A stretch of DNA of 64,000 nucleotides, taken from Candidatus Falkowbacteria bacterium. GTDB taxonomy: Bacteria; Patescibacteriota; Patescibacteriia; Patescibacteriales; GWE2-39-37. Numbering within the stretch: the stretch's first letter is position 1; the number at the start of each line of letters is the position of its first letter. This document shows, piece after piece, positions 34,531 through 42,338 of the stretch. Location of the stretch: positions 66,698 through 130,697 of the forward strand of contig JAAXUA010000003.1 in the NCBI GenBank assembly GCA_013336275.1. Direction: 5' to 3'. Under the pieces are notes generated by a model. That model saw nothing but the letters and a program-made list of their open reading frames with translations. It was not told the DNA's origin and searched no databases. A program made the position numbers and the translations under genes.

Positions 34531-35154
34531 TTAGATAAAATCCTTGATCGGAGCGAATGTTAAGCGATGAACTGGAGAGGGGCCGTGCTTGCGCAAAGCC
34601 GACAAGTGCTCGCGAGTGCCATAGCCCTTGTTTTTAGCAAAGCCGTACTGGGGGTACGCTTCATCCAATTCAAGCATTATCTTGTCTCTGACAACCTTAG
34701 CAACTATTGAAGCGGCCGCAATCGAAAATATTTTTGAATCACCCTTAACGTACGCTTCTTGCGGCAGGGACAGTCCGGGAATTTTTCGATTTCCATCTAC
34801 CAACAAGATGCTGCCACCCGGCTTATTCAGAGTATCTACGGAGTTTTTCATTGCCAGAAAAGTCGCCTGAAGTATATTGATCTCATCTATGTCACCTTGA
34901 TTCACTACTGCATAGCTGAAATGACCTTTAAAATCCTTAGTGAGCGTATCATATATATACTGCCTTTTTTTCTCTGTAACTCTTTTAGAATCGTCCACTC
35001 CCAATAAGCTCTTGAATTGTTCTGGTGGCAAAGAAAACAAAAAGCTGGCCGCCACCACCGGACCTGCCAATGGACCTCGACCAGCTTCATCAATTCCTAT
35101 AACCGCCTCAAATCCGTTTTCAAGATATCTATGTTCAGTCTTAAAAGAATACAT
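34531..35154 (-). CDS. rnhB: Ribonuclease HII
   Basis: GIDEAGRGPLAGPVV and DSK motifs, with a C-terminal HR..F.P. Confidence 0.95.
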   Translation of the reverse strand: MYSFKTEHRYLENGFEAVIGIDEAGRGPLAGPVVAASFLFSLPPEQFKSLLGVDDSKRVTEKKRQYIYDTLTKDFKGHFSYAVVNQGDIDEINILQATFLAMKNSVDTLNKPGGSILLVDGNRKIPGLSLPQEAYVKGDSKIFSIAAASIVAKVVRDKIMLELDEAYPQYGFAKNKGYGTREHLSALRKHGPSPVHRLTFAPIKDFI

Positions 35155-35168
35155 TTAGCTAATATTAG

Positions 35169-36116
35169 CTATTTTTTACTCAAATCTCTCACAACCACCT
35201 GCGGTTTTCCCAGCTTCAACTGTAAATACTGATAGGCCGCTAGGGCCGCAATCGTTCCCTGACCCGAGGCGATCGAAATTTGCTTGAACTCTCCGTTGGT
35301 CACATCGCCGGCCGCGAACATGCCGCTTAGGCTAGTGTTGCACTTTTCATCAATAATGATTTGATTTTTTTCATCCATCCTAACCAGCTCCTTCAGGACG
35401 TCGGTGTGCGCAATCCGGCCAATCTCGATAAATACTCCATCAACTTCAATGTCTGAAGTCTTGCCATCAGCTCGATCAATTTTAATACCAGAAACCTTTT
35501 CGTTTCCAACGATTTCTTTAACTACCGCATGGTCAACAATCTCAATATTGGGCCTTGCCTTAACCTCATCAACCAACATATCAAAGGCTCTGAACTTATC
35601 GCTACGATGGATCAGATAAACCTTGCTAGCGATTTTTGACAACACTTCAGCGGCATCTAGGGCGGCATTTCCTCCGCCGACAACCGCCACGGTCTTGTGT
35701 CTGAACAACGGTCCATCGCAATTAGCGCAATATGAAACCCCCTTGCCGTTAAATTGTTCTTCTCCTGAAATGGCCAATCGGCGGGGAACTAACCCCATAG
35801 TAACTATAACCGTCTTGGCCAAGTATTTGTCTTTCGAGGTCACCACCTCAAAGACATCATCCTGATTTTTTACGATCGCCTTAACCTCAGACAGAAGATG
35901 TTCAACTCCAGCGCTTTTCAAATGCTTTTCAAAAAGACCGACCAACTCATAATTCTTAATACTGGGAAACCCTGGATAATTTTCAATCTCACCGGCCCAG
36001 CCAACCTGGCCGCCTATATCCTTACTAATCAATAGAGTTTTCATTTCTCGTCTTACTGCATAAATTGCGGCAGAGACACCCGCCGGTCCAGCCCCAATAA
36101 TTATTGTGTCGTACAT
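35169..36116 (-). CDS. trxB: Thioredoxin-disulfide reductase
   Basis: FAD motif IIIGAGPAG, redox-active CANCDG, and NADPH motif VVGGGNAALDAA. Confidence 0.92.
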   Translation of the reverse strand: MYDTIIIGAGPAGVSAAIYAVRREMKTLLISKDIGGQVGWAGEIENYPGFPSIKNYELVGLFEKHLKSAGVEHLLSEVKAIVKNQDDVFEVVTSKDKYLAKTVIVTMGLVPRRLAISGEEQFNGKGVSYCANCDGPLFRHKTVAVVGGGNAALDAAEVLSKIASKVYLIHRSDKFRAFDMLVDEVKARPNIEIVDHAVVKEIVGNEKVSGIKIDRADGKTSDIEVDGVFIEIGRIAHTDVLKELVRMDEKNQIIIDEKCNTSLSGMFAAGDVTNGEFKQISIASGQGTIAALAAYQYLQLKLGKPQVVVRDLSKK

Positions 36117-36141
36117 AGTTTTTATGATAAATTACCCTCCT

Positions 36142-36170
36142 ATTATACTTTGCTTATTTACAATAAACAA
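36142..36170 (-). promoter_or_regulatory. Candidate trxB promoter (TTGTTT-N17-TATAAT on the minus strand)
   Basis: The -10 hexamer lies at 36142-36147 and the -35 at 36165-36170, read by eye. Confidence 0.4.
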
Positions 36171-36207
36171 TACCCTAAATTTATGTCCACATTATTATGG
36201 ACTTAAA

Positions 36208-36221
36208 GTTCCACGTGGAAC
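36208..36221. promoter_or_regulatory. 14-bp perfect palindrome GTTCCACGTGGAAC (copy 1)
   Basis: The sequence is self-complementary and centred 33 bp from the centre of copy 2. Confidence 0.5.
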
Positions 36222-36234
36222 ATTGTCTTATTTT

Positions 36235-36260
36235 GCAAATGTTCCACGTGGAACATTTGC
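36235..36260. promoter_or_regulatory. 26-bp perfect palindrome GCAAATGTTCCACGTGGAACATTTGC (copy 2)
   Basis: Self-complementarity was verified base by base. The core is the same 14-bp palindrome as copy 1. Confidence 0.55.
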
Positions 36261-36290
36261 TCAACTAGATTCAATGCTGTATCTTTGACA

Positions 36291-36321
36291 AAAAAAGGCG
36301 AGCTATTAAGCTCGCCTTTTT
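36291..36321 (-). terminator. Terminator of the tRNA-Arg/tRNA-Ala unit
   Basis: GGCGAGC-TATTAA-GCTCGCC flanked by A6 and T5, immediately 3' of tRNA-Ala on the minus strand. Confidence 0.7.
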
Positions 36322-36322
36322 G

Positions 36323-36396
<74 letters not shown>

Positions 36397-36420
36397 ATTT
36401 TTTTGCTAACATTAGCCAAG

Positions 36421-36492
36421 TGCCCCCGGGGGGAATCGAACCACCATCTAGACGTTAGGAGTGTCTTGTTTTATCCATTAAACTACAAGGGC
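36421..36492 (-). tRNA. tRNA-Arg (anticodon CCU), CCA not encoded
   Basis: Hand-folded. Acceptor GCCCTTG/CGGGGGC has two G:U pairs. Anticodon loop CTCCTAA and T loop TTCGATT. There is one U-C mismatch in the T stem. Confidence 0.75.
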
Positions 36493-36581
36493 TCAACTGA
36501 TCCCAGAGGTAAATAAAAAATAAAATATCTGTTTGATATTTTATCAATATTTCAAATATAGTCTACATCATATTTTTATTT

Positions 36582-36611
36582 TTGACAAATGCCATCTTAC
36601 TAAACTAGAAT
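36582..36611 (+). promoter_or_regulatory. Promoter of the bactofilin gene (TTGACA-N18-TAGAAT)
   Basis: A consensus -35 lies at 36582-36587 and the -10 at 36606-36611. The -10 overlaps the track's ATG at 36610, which argues for the downstream start. Confidence 0.5.
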
Positions 36612-36648
36612 GAAATTAATGATAAATAATAACCTAAGAGAAAAAACT

Positions 36649-37029
36649 ATGTTTTCCAAAGATGAGAAGCTGAAAGGTAAAGACATCGAAACAATTATCG
36701 GTCCTTCGGTAAAAGTCAAAGGCGAATTCAACGGCCAAGGCGATATAATAATCGATGGTTTTTTTGAAGGCACGCTAAAGACTGCCGGCAGTCTCTTTGT
36801 TGGCAACAAAGCCAAAGTACAGGCCAATATCGAAGCGAGGGATGGCAAAATCTCTGGTGAAATAATAGGGAATATCAAAATGAAGGGTTTTATGGAAATT
36901 ACCTCTACGGCAAAAATAAGCGGTGATATCGAGGTAAATCAGATTTCAGTCGAGCAAGGGGCGGTCATTAACGGATCATTAATAATGAAAAAGGGCACTG
37001 AAGGCACTCCTGCCGTTGCTGAAAAATAA
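36649..37029 (+). CDS. Bactofilin (polymer-forming cytoskeletal protein)
   Basis: Beta-helix repeats (VKGEFNGQGDIIIDGFFEGTLK..., ISGEIIGNIKMKG..., ISGDIEVNQISV...). The start MFSKDEK at 36649 is preferred over 36610. Confidence 0.85.
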   Translation: MFSKDEKLKGKDIETIIGPSVKVKGEFNGQGDIIIDGFFEGTLKTAGSLFVGNKAKVQANIEARDGKISGEIIGNIKMKGFMEITSTAKISGDIEVNQISVEQGAVINGSLIMKKGTEGTPAVAEK

Positions 37030-37048
37030 GCGCCCCCAACACAATTAA

Positions 37049-37801
37049 ATGCACGTATACATCTACGACGGTTTTTTGGGAAATAATAAATATTCGAAAA
37101 CCCTAGCAAAAATTGAAACACGCTTGACCGACCTCGGACTTAATGGAAAGATCTGCCGACTTGGCGTAATCAAAAACTACCAGGATTTGATACTGGGAGA
37201 AATTAGGCGTGGCGCAAAAACCATCGTCGCTGTCGGAAATGACGAAACTCTAAGCAAGGTCATCAACTCCCTTGGCGGGTACGACATTCCTGTGGGGTTT
37301 ATTCCTGTGGGCAAGGACAAAAACTCGATCGCAGAATACCTGGGCATAGACCATGAATTAGCCTCATGCGACATACTCTCTGCTCGCCGGCTGGCCAAGA
37401 TCGACCTGGCCCAAGCTAACCAATACTATTTTTTGACCGAGGCGACGATTTCTGGAAAAGACACCTTGGTCGCTCTTGAAAAAGGATATTCTATCGAAGC
37501 TCCGAATTCTGCCCTGATAAAAATCATAAATCTTCCGCTAACCCACGATAAGGGTGACTTGGCTCGCTTCAGCCCCAATGACGGGCAGCTTGAATTGTAT
37601 ATAAAAACAGAAGAAGACTCCGGTTTTTTAAAAAAGAAGTCTTTCGGTGAAAGTATTTTTACCGCTGAAAAATTTTTCATAGAAAACAAGAAGCAGCAAA
37701 CGCTGCTGTTAGATAACTCGGTCGGCATTATTCCTCCGGTGGAAATAAAGCTTGCCAAACAATCCGTTACCTTGATTGTGGGGAAGGGACGGTCATTTTA
37801 A
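37049..37801 (+). CDS. Diacylglycerol-kinase-catalytic-domain (YegS/NAD-kinase-like) protein with a degenerate GGDGT motif
   Basis: TIVAVGNDETLSKVINSL in place of GGDGT, plus PVGFIPVG. The architecture is DAGK_cat-like. Confidence 0.55.
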   Translation: MHVYIYDGFLGNNKYSKTLAKIETRLTDLGLNGKICRLGVIKNYQDLILGEIRRGAKTIVAVGNDETLSKVINSLGGYDIPVGFIPVGKDKNSIAEYLGIDHELASCDILSARRLAKIDLAQANQYYFLTEATISGKDTLVALEKGYSIEAPNSALIKIINLPLTHDKGDLARFSPNDGQLELYIKTEEDSGFLKKKSFGESIFTAEKFFIENKKQQTLLLDNSVGIIPPVEIKLAKQSVTLIVGKGRSF

Positions 37802-37809
37802 GGAATAAT

Positions 37810-37839
37810 AAAAGAGCCGCTCAAATGAGCGGCTCTTTT
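37810..37839. terminator. Bidirectional terminator
   Basis: AAAGAGCCGCTCA-AA-TGAGCGGCTCTTT, a perfect 13-bp stem between convergent genes. Confidence 0.7.
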
Positions 37840-37849
37840 ATTATTCCTG

Positions 37850-38575
37850 CTATGATGATTTTTTCATTCTGAAAACCAAAAACTGTTGAAGGACGGTCAA
37901 TAAAGTCATGACCAGCCAATAAAGCGAAAGGCCGGCCGGCAAAGTAATACCGATAAACACCGTTAAGGCTGGCATCATATATAACATCTGCTTGTTCATA
38001 ACCGCGGCGAAGTCCTCATCTTTTGCCCCTTCATCTTGGGTTGGTGGACGCTGGCTTGAAAGCATTTTCGCTTGCCAGAATTGAGCCAAACCAGCCGATA
38101 CGGCCAGTAAATAGCTTGGTTCGGCCAGATTGATCAAACCGAAAAAGCCCTGAGGATTTATTGATTCTGGTTTGCTGACAAAATTATACAAATATCCTAA
38201 AATCTGGCTGTTGGTGCTGATTTCTCGAAAAACCTGGAATACCGCGAAAAAAAATGGCAGCTGCACCAATAGCGGCAAACAAGAAGAGAAGGGATTTATC
38301 TTGTGCTCGCGGTACAGCGCCATAGTCGCCTTGGCCTGTTCTTCCTTGTTGCTTGAATAAGTTTTTTTTATCTCCTCTAGCTTAGGCTGAAGCTCTTGAA
38401 GCTCTTTTTGAGCCCGGATGGCCTGGCGGGAAAAAGGCCACAAAAACAGCTTAATCAAGATCGTAATAAGGATAATGGCAATGGCTAGGTCGTGGCCAGG
38501 TATGTTGTTATAAATAACCACCAAAAGGTTAAGTATCGGTTTGTAGCAGACTGCGTAAAAAAGCTCTTTAAACAT
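37850..38575 (-). CDS. yidC: Membrane protein insertase YidC (short, Gram-positive/CPR type)
   Basis: LWPF...Q..M..LQP....I......E......M.LY+E..INP pattern; rnpA-yidD-yidC synteny. Confidence 0.9.
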   Translation of the reverse strand: MFKELFYAVCYKPILNLLVVIYNNIPGHDLAIAIILITILIKLFLWPFSRQAIRAQKELQELQPKLEEIKKTYSSNKEEQAKATMALYREHKINPFSSCLPLLVQLPFFFAVFQVFREISTNSQILGYLYNFVSKPESINPQGFFGLINLAEPSYLLAVSAGLAQFWQAKMLSSQRPPTQDEGAKDEDFAAVMNKQMLYMMPALTVFIGITLPAGLSLYWLVMTLLTVLQQFLVFRMKKSS

Positions 38576-38590
38576 GTTTGTTTATTATTT

Positions 38591-38836
38591 TTAAACTGGG
38601 TCCATCCCGCCCTTGTTCCAGGGGTTGCACCTTAATATTCTCCAGGCCGCCTTAAAGCCGCCTTTTATGGCACCGTGCTTTTCAATGGCTTGTATCGCAT
38701 AATTGGAGCAGGTTGGATAAAAACGGCAATACCCGTGAGGGTGTCTATGCTTAAACCAGCCATGATCAAGCGAAAGAGTTTTTTGATAAAGCTTGATTAG
38801 GGATATGAGCAGATACTGCGGCAAAACTTTCCACAT
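38591..38836 (-). CDS. yidD: Membrane protein insertion efficiency factor YidD
   Basis: [12 protein letters not shown]....G and RILRCNPW motifs. Confidence 0.93.
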   Translation of the reverse strand: MWKVLPQYLLISLIKLYQKTLSLDHGWFKHRHPHGYCRFYPTCSNYAIQAIEKHGAIKGGFKAAWRILRCNPWNKGGMDPV

Positions 38837-38839
38837 ACC

Positions 38840-39190
38840 TTAATTTTTAGCTCTTATGCGCCTCGAATTAAACAGATAAGATCTCTCCAAATCAGCAAAC
38901 GGCTGCCCAAGGGCAGCCGGCAGCACCAGGATTATTAAGTCGTTGCCAAATTTCGTATCGTCAGCATGCTTAGCGGCGATGTACCGAAGCTGCCTTCGCA
39001 GGCGGTTCCGAAATACAGCTTTTTTGCTAACCTTATTGCTAATCACTATACCAATCCTTAAATCAGGCAGGTTGTTGGGCATACACTTAATCCCTAAGAG
39101 CTGGTCATAACTCGATTTGCCTAACTTGAACACCGAATCGAAGTCTTTTTTCTTTCGCAAATGACCAATCAGCTTAGGCATATGCCCCAT
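38840..39190 (-). CDS. rnpA: Ribonuclease P protein component
   Basis: Basic protein with the RNR-like motif (VFRNRLRRQLR). Its position between rpmH and yidD supports the call. Confidence 0.88.
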   Translation of the reverse strand: MGHMPKLIGHLRKKKDFDSVFKLGKSSYDQLLGIKCMPNNLPDLRIGIVISNKVSKKAVFRNRLRRQLRYIAAKHADDTKFGNDLIILVLPAALGQPFADLERSYLFNSRRIRAKN

Positions 39191-39193
39191 TCT

Positions 39194-39331
39194 TTATTTT
39201 GTTAACCTTTTGCGGCCCTTGGCGCGACGACGCTTGATGACATTCCGACCATTCTTTGTGGCCACCCGTTTCAAAAAACCATGCTTCTTGCTCGCTCGTT
39301 TCTTGTTGGGCTGATAAGTTCTTTTTGGCAT
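39194..39331 (-). CDS. rpmH: 50S ribosomal protein L34
   Basis: [45 protein letters not shown]. The track ORF start at 39391 is an upstream extension; the ATG at 39331 is used here. Confidence 0.93.
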   Translation of the reverse strand: MPKRTYQPNKKRASKKHGFLKRVATKNGRNVIKRRRAKGRKRLTK

Positions 39332-39448
39332 AACCTTTACATTATTATAAATATCCTTAAGATAAAAGAAGATTCTAAAAAATACTAACATCTTTAAAGC
39401 TTTTAGTCAATTGTCTTCCGCTGGCTTGTTTTCGGACATATCAACAGT

Positions 39449-39457
39449 TTATGCACA
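39449..39457 (+). promoter_or_regulatory. DnaA-box-like nonamer TTATGCACA (8/9 match to TTATCCACA)
   Basis: Located in the rpmH-dnaA intergenic region. Confidence 0.35.
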
Positions 39458-39547
39458 GGCTGGGCCCTTTCTTATAGTTGAACACCCTGATATACTTTCA
39501 TCATCAAACAGCACTCATCTTAAACTTTCAAAATAACCCCCTTGCTT

Positions 39548-40909
39548 ATGAACAATGAACAGCTTTGGCAGGCTGCCTTAGGTGAAATCGAACTCACCCT
39601 CTCGCGTGCGAATTTCACCACCTGGTTCAAGGACACCTTCATCTCGTCCTTTGAAAATAACCAAGCTGTTGTTTGCGTGCCAAACACCTTCACTAAAGCG
39701 TGGCTTGAAAAAAAGTATCATCAGGAAATTCTTAACGCTCTCAAAAGCGTAACCAGCCAAGCGGTTAAGGATATTTTTTACAAAGTCGAGGCCAGAAAAG
39801 CATCTCCTGTATCCGATATCGTCAAGCGCGTTCGGCCAAATAGCGAAACCGAGAGGCTTCACACTGAGGTGTTGCCGATCAACCGCTTCGGCCTGAACAA
39901 TAGGTACACCTTTGACAATTTTGTTGTCGGCAAAGGCAACGAGTTGGCGCACGCGGCGTGCCAGGCAGTTGCAGCCAATCCTGGGAACGCCTACAATCCG
40001 CTATTCATCTATGGCGGCGTTGGCCTTGGCAAGACCCACCTGCTTCAAGCGATCGGACACACTCTTTCAAAAAAGAGCGATAAGATAATGTACATAACTT
40101 CCGAGAAGTTTACGAACGACTACATTCAAGCAGTTAAGAGCGGCCAGGCTCGCGAATTCAAAGAAAGGTACCGGAACGTCGATTTGCTGCTCATTGATGA
40201 TATTCAATTCATGGCAGGAAAAGATGGAACCCAAGAGGAGTTTTTCCACACTTTCAACGAGCTTCACCAAAACAACAAGCAAATTGTCCTAACCTCAGAC
40301 CGTCCCCCAAAATCTATCCCCGCTCTTGAAAAAAGGCTTCTTTCACGCTTTGAGTGGGGGATGATTGCCGACGTAGGACAGCTTGATGTTGAAACTCGCA
40401 TGGCGATACTTGAGCGAAAGTGCCGAGAGAAAAACTACTCACTTGAAAATGAGATCTTGTCTTATGTTGCAGCCAACGTCCAAAACAACATCCGCGAGCT
40501 TGAAGGCGCGCTAAACCGCCTGATCGCCTACCACGAATTCAACAACTACAAACCGACAATGGAAACAGCTAAAAATATTTTAGCCAGCATCATAATCAAC
40601 TACCAGCAAAAGTCTACGAACGCTAAATCAGTTATCGATGCCGTGGCGCGTTTTTATGATGTTGCAGTAAAAGATATCACCGGTCAAAGCCGCAAAAAAG
40701 AGCTGGTTACCCCCCGGCAAATAATTATGTTTCTTTTAAGGGAAGAGGTTAACGCCTCGTTCCCAACCATCGGGCAAGAGCTTGGTGGTCGAGACCACAC
40801 GACTGCTATGCACGCCCACAACAAGATTTCAAAAGAGGTTCAAGAGAACGAGAGGCTGAAACAAGAACTAGAATCTATTAAACAACTTATCTACAGTGCC
40901 AGTGTATAA
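39548..40909 (+). CDS. dnaA: Chromosomal replication initiator DnaA
   Basis: Walker A GGVGLGKTHLLQAIG, sensor motifs, and a C-terminal DNA-binding helix (GGRDHTTAMHA). The ATG at 39548 is preferred over the TTG at 39542. Confidence 0.97.
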   Translation: MNNEQLWQAALGEIELTLSRANFTTWFKDTFISSFENNQAVVCVPNTFTKAWLEKKYHQEILNALKSVTSQAVKDIFYKVEARKASPVSDIVKRVRPNSETERLHTEVLPINRFGLNNRYTFDNFVVGKGNELAHAACQAVAANPGNAYNPLFIYGGVGLGKTHLLQAIGHTLSKKSDKIMYITSEKFTNDYIQAVKSGQAREFKERYRNVDLLLIDDIQFMAGKDGTQEEFFHTFNELHQNNKQIVLTSDRPPKSIPALEKRLLSRFEWGMIADVGQLDVETRMAILERKCREKNYSLENEILSYVAANVQNNIRELEGALNRLIAYHEFNNYKPTMETAKNILASIIINYQQKSTNAKSVIDAVARFYDVAVKDITGQSRKKELVTPRQIIMFLLREEVNASFPTIGQELGGRDHTTAMHAHNKISKEVQENERLKQELESIKQLIYSASV

Positions 40910-41172
40910 CTTTAAAGTTGTTTCTGAGTTGTAGTTTTGGCGGTGCAAAAAAACGAACAAACACGGGATAACTCAAAGCCCATCGGGCTTTTCCACTAAA
41001 ATAAAAAAGTAGCCCACCCATCCAAGCCTCGCCACACACAAGCTGGATAAAATAATTTAGGCTAAGCTCAAGACAAAAAAGCAGTTTTCAACTTATCCCG
41101 GTCCTTATTATCATTATTACTGTATCTTAAATTTATATTTATCTATTAATAAATAACTAGTGAAGAGTGTGT
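40910..41172. other. Putative oriC: dnaA terminator hairpin, degenerate DnaA boxes and an AT-rich unwinding region
   Basis: Boxes TTTTCCACT (40990-40998), GCTGGATAA (41043-41051) and TTATCCCGG (41094-41102). An almost pure A/T tract lies at 41106-41160, and the dnaA-dnaN synteny fits. Confidence 0.45.
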
Positions 41173-42297
41173 ATGAAATTTTCTAGTCTGCAAGAGAACT
41201 TAAAACAAGGGTTATTTATCGCGGGCCACCTTACAGGGAAAAACCAAAATCTCCCAATTCTTAATAATGTTTTAATTGAAGCCAAGCAAGGGAATATTAA
41301 ATTAGTCTCCACTAATCTGGAAATCGGCATCAGTTGCGTTGTGCGTGGTAAAATCGATCAGGAGGGCGCATTTACTGTTGATGCGAAAATATTGGCCGAC
41401 TACATCAGTTTGTTGCCAAATCAGAAGATAGACATCGGCCTGAACAATAATTCCCTCACCATATCTTGTGATAGTTATAATACAAAAATCAAGGGGCAGT
41501 CGGCTGAGGAGTTTCCGCTAATACCGATTGTTGAAAGGGGTAATTTTTGCAAGGTTCCTGTCCAGCTTCTGCGCAAGGCGCTCAATCAAGTAGTCTTTGC
41601 CGTTTCAACAAATGAAACAAGGGTGGAGTTGACCGGCGTATTGTTTAATCTGTCAAATAAAGAATTGATTTTGGCCGCAACGGATAGTTATCGGTTGGCT
41701 GAAAAGAAAATCGGTGTAAGTGAGAGCACCATAGAGAGCGCTAGCGTGATAGTCCCGGCCAAAACGATCCAGGAGGTGGTGCGAATAATTTCAGGAACTA
41801 AAGAAGATGTGGCCGGAGAACTTGAGGATGTGGAGGTATATATTTATGAGAATCAGATAATGTTCGTTTATGGTTCGACTGAAATAGTTTCTCGGTTGAT
41901 TGAGGGTCAGTATCCTGATTATAGGCAAATAATTCCAGGCCAAGCTAAGACCAAAGCAACGATTGAGCAGCAACAGATTATGCGAGCGGTGAAGGCCTCT
42001 TCGTTGTTTGCTAAAACTGGGATAAATGATATTAATTTAGACTTCCCCAAGAACAAGGGTGGCTTGATAGTTTCATCAGCCTCTGGGCAGACTGGTGAGA
42101 ATATCGTTGAGGTCCCAGGAAAAATAGAGGGAGAGGATAATTTCGTGGTTGTTAATTATAGGTATTTATTGGATGGTCTAAACACTATCGGTGGCGATGA
42201 GGTTGTGGTCGAGGTTGTGGATGGAAATACGCCCTGCTTACTGCGGCCAGCCAACAACTCGGATTACCTTTATATAGTGATGCCGATAAAACAATAA
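41173..42297 (+). CDS. dnaN: DNA polymerase III beta sliding clamp
   Basis: Three-domain length and pattern (LKLVSTNLEIG, ATDSYRLA, RLIEGQYPDY, and a MPIKQ-type end). Confidence 0.95.
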   Translation: MKFSSLQENLKQGLFIAGHLTGKNQNLPILNNVLIEAKQGNIKLVSTNLEIGISCVVRGKIDQEGAFTVDAKILADYISLLPNQKIDIGLNNNSLTISCDSYNTKIKGQSAEEFPLIPIVERGNFCKVPVQLLRKALNQVVFAVSTNETRVELTGVLFNLSNKELILAATDSYRLAEKKIGVSESTIESASVIVPAKTIQEVVRIISGTKEDVAGELEDVEVYIYENQIMFVYGSTEIVSRLIEGQYPDYRQIIPGQAKTKATIEQQQIMRAVKASSLFAKTGINDINLDFPKNKGGLIVSSASGQTGENIVEVPGKIEGEDNFVVVNYRYLLDGLNTIGGDEVVVEVVDGNTPCLLRPANNSDYLYIVMPIKQ

Positions 42298-42333
42298 AAA
42301 AAACACCGCCCACTTGAGGCGGTGTTTTTTTTA
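42294..42333. terminator. Bidirectional terminator between dnaN and the PBP gene
   Basis: ACACCGCC-CACTTGA-GGCGGTGT flanked by A8 and T8. Confidence 0.75.
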
Positions 42334-42338
42334 TTGTT

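Noticed and set aside
36208-36260. Interpreting the trxB-upstream palindromes as LexA (Cheo) boxes or as terminators
   Set aside because: The Cheo box is GAAC-N4-GTTC, whereas here the half-sites are inverted (GTTC-CACGTG-GAAC). The palindromes have no loop-plus-T-run terminator geometry, and the true tRNA terminator lies separately at 36291-36321.
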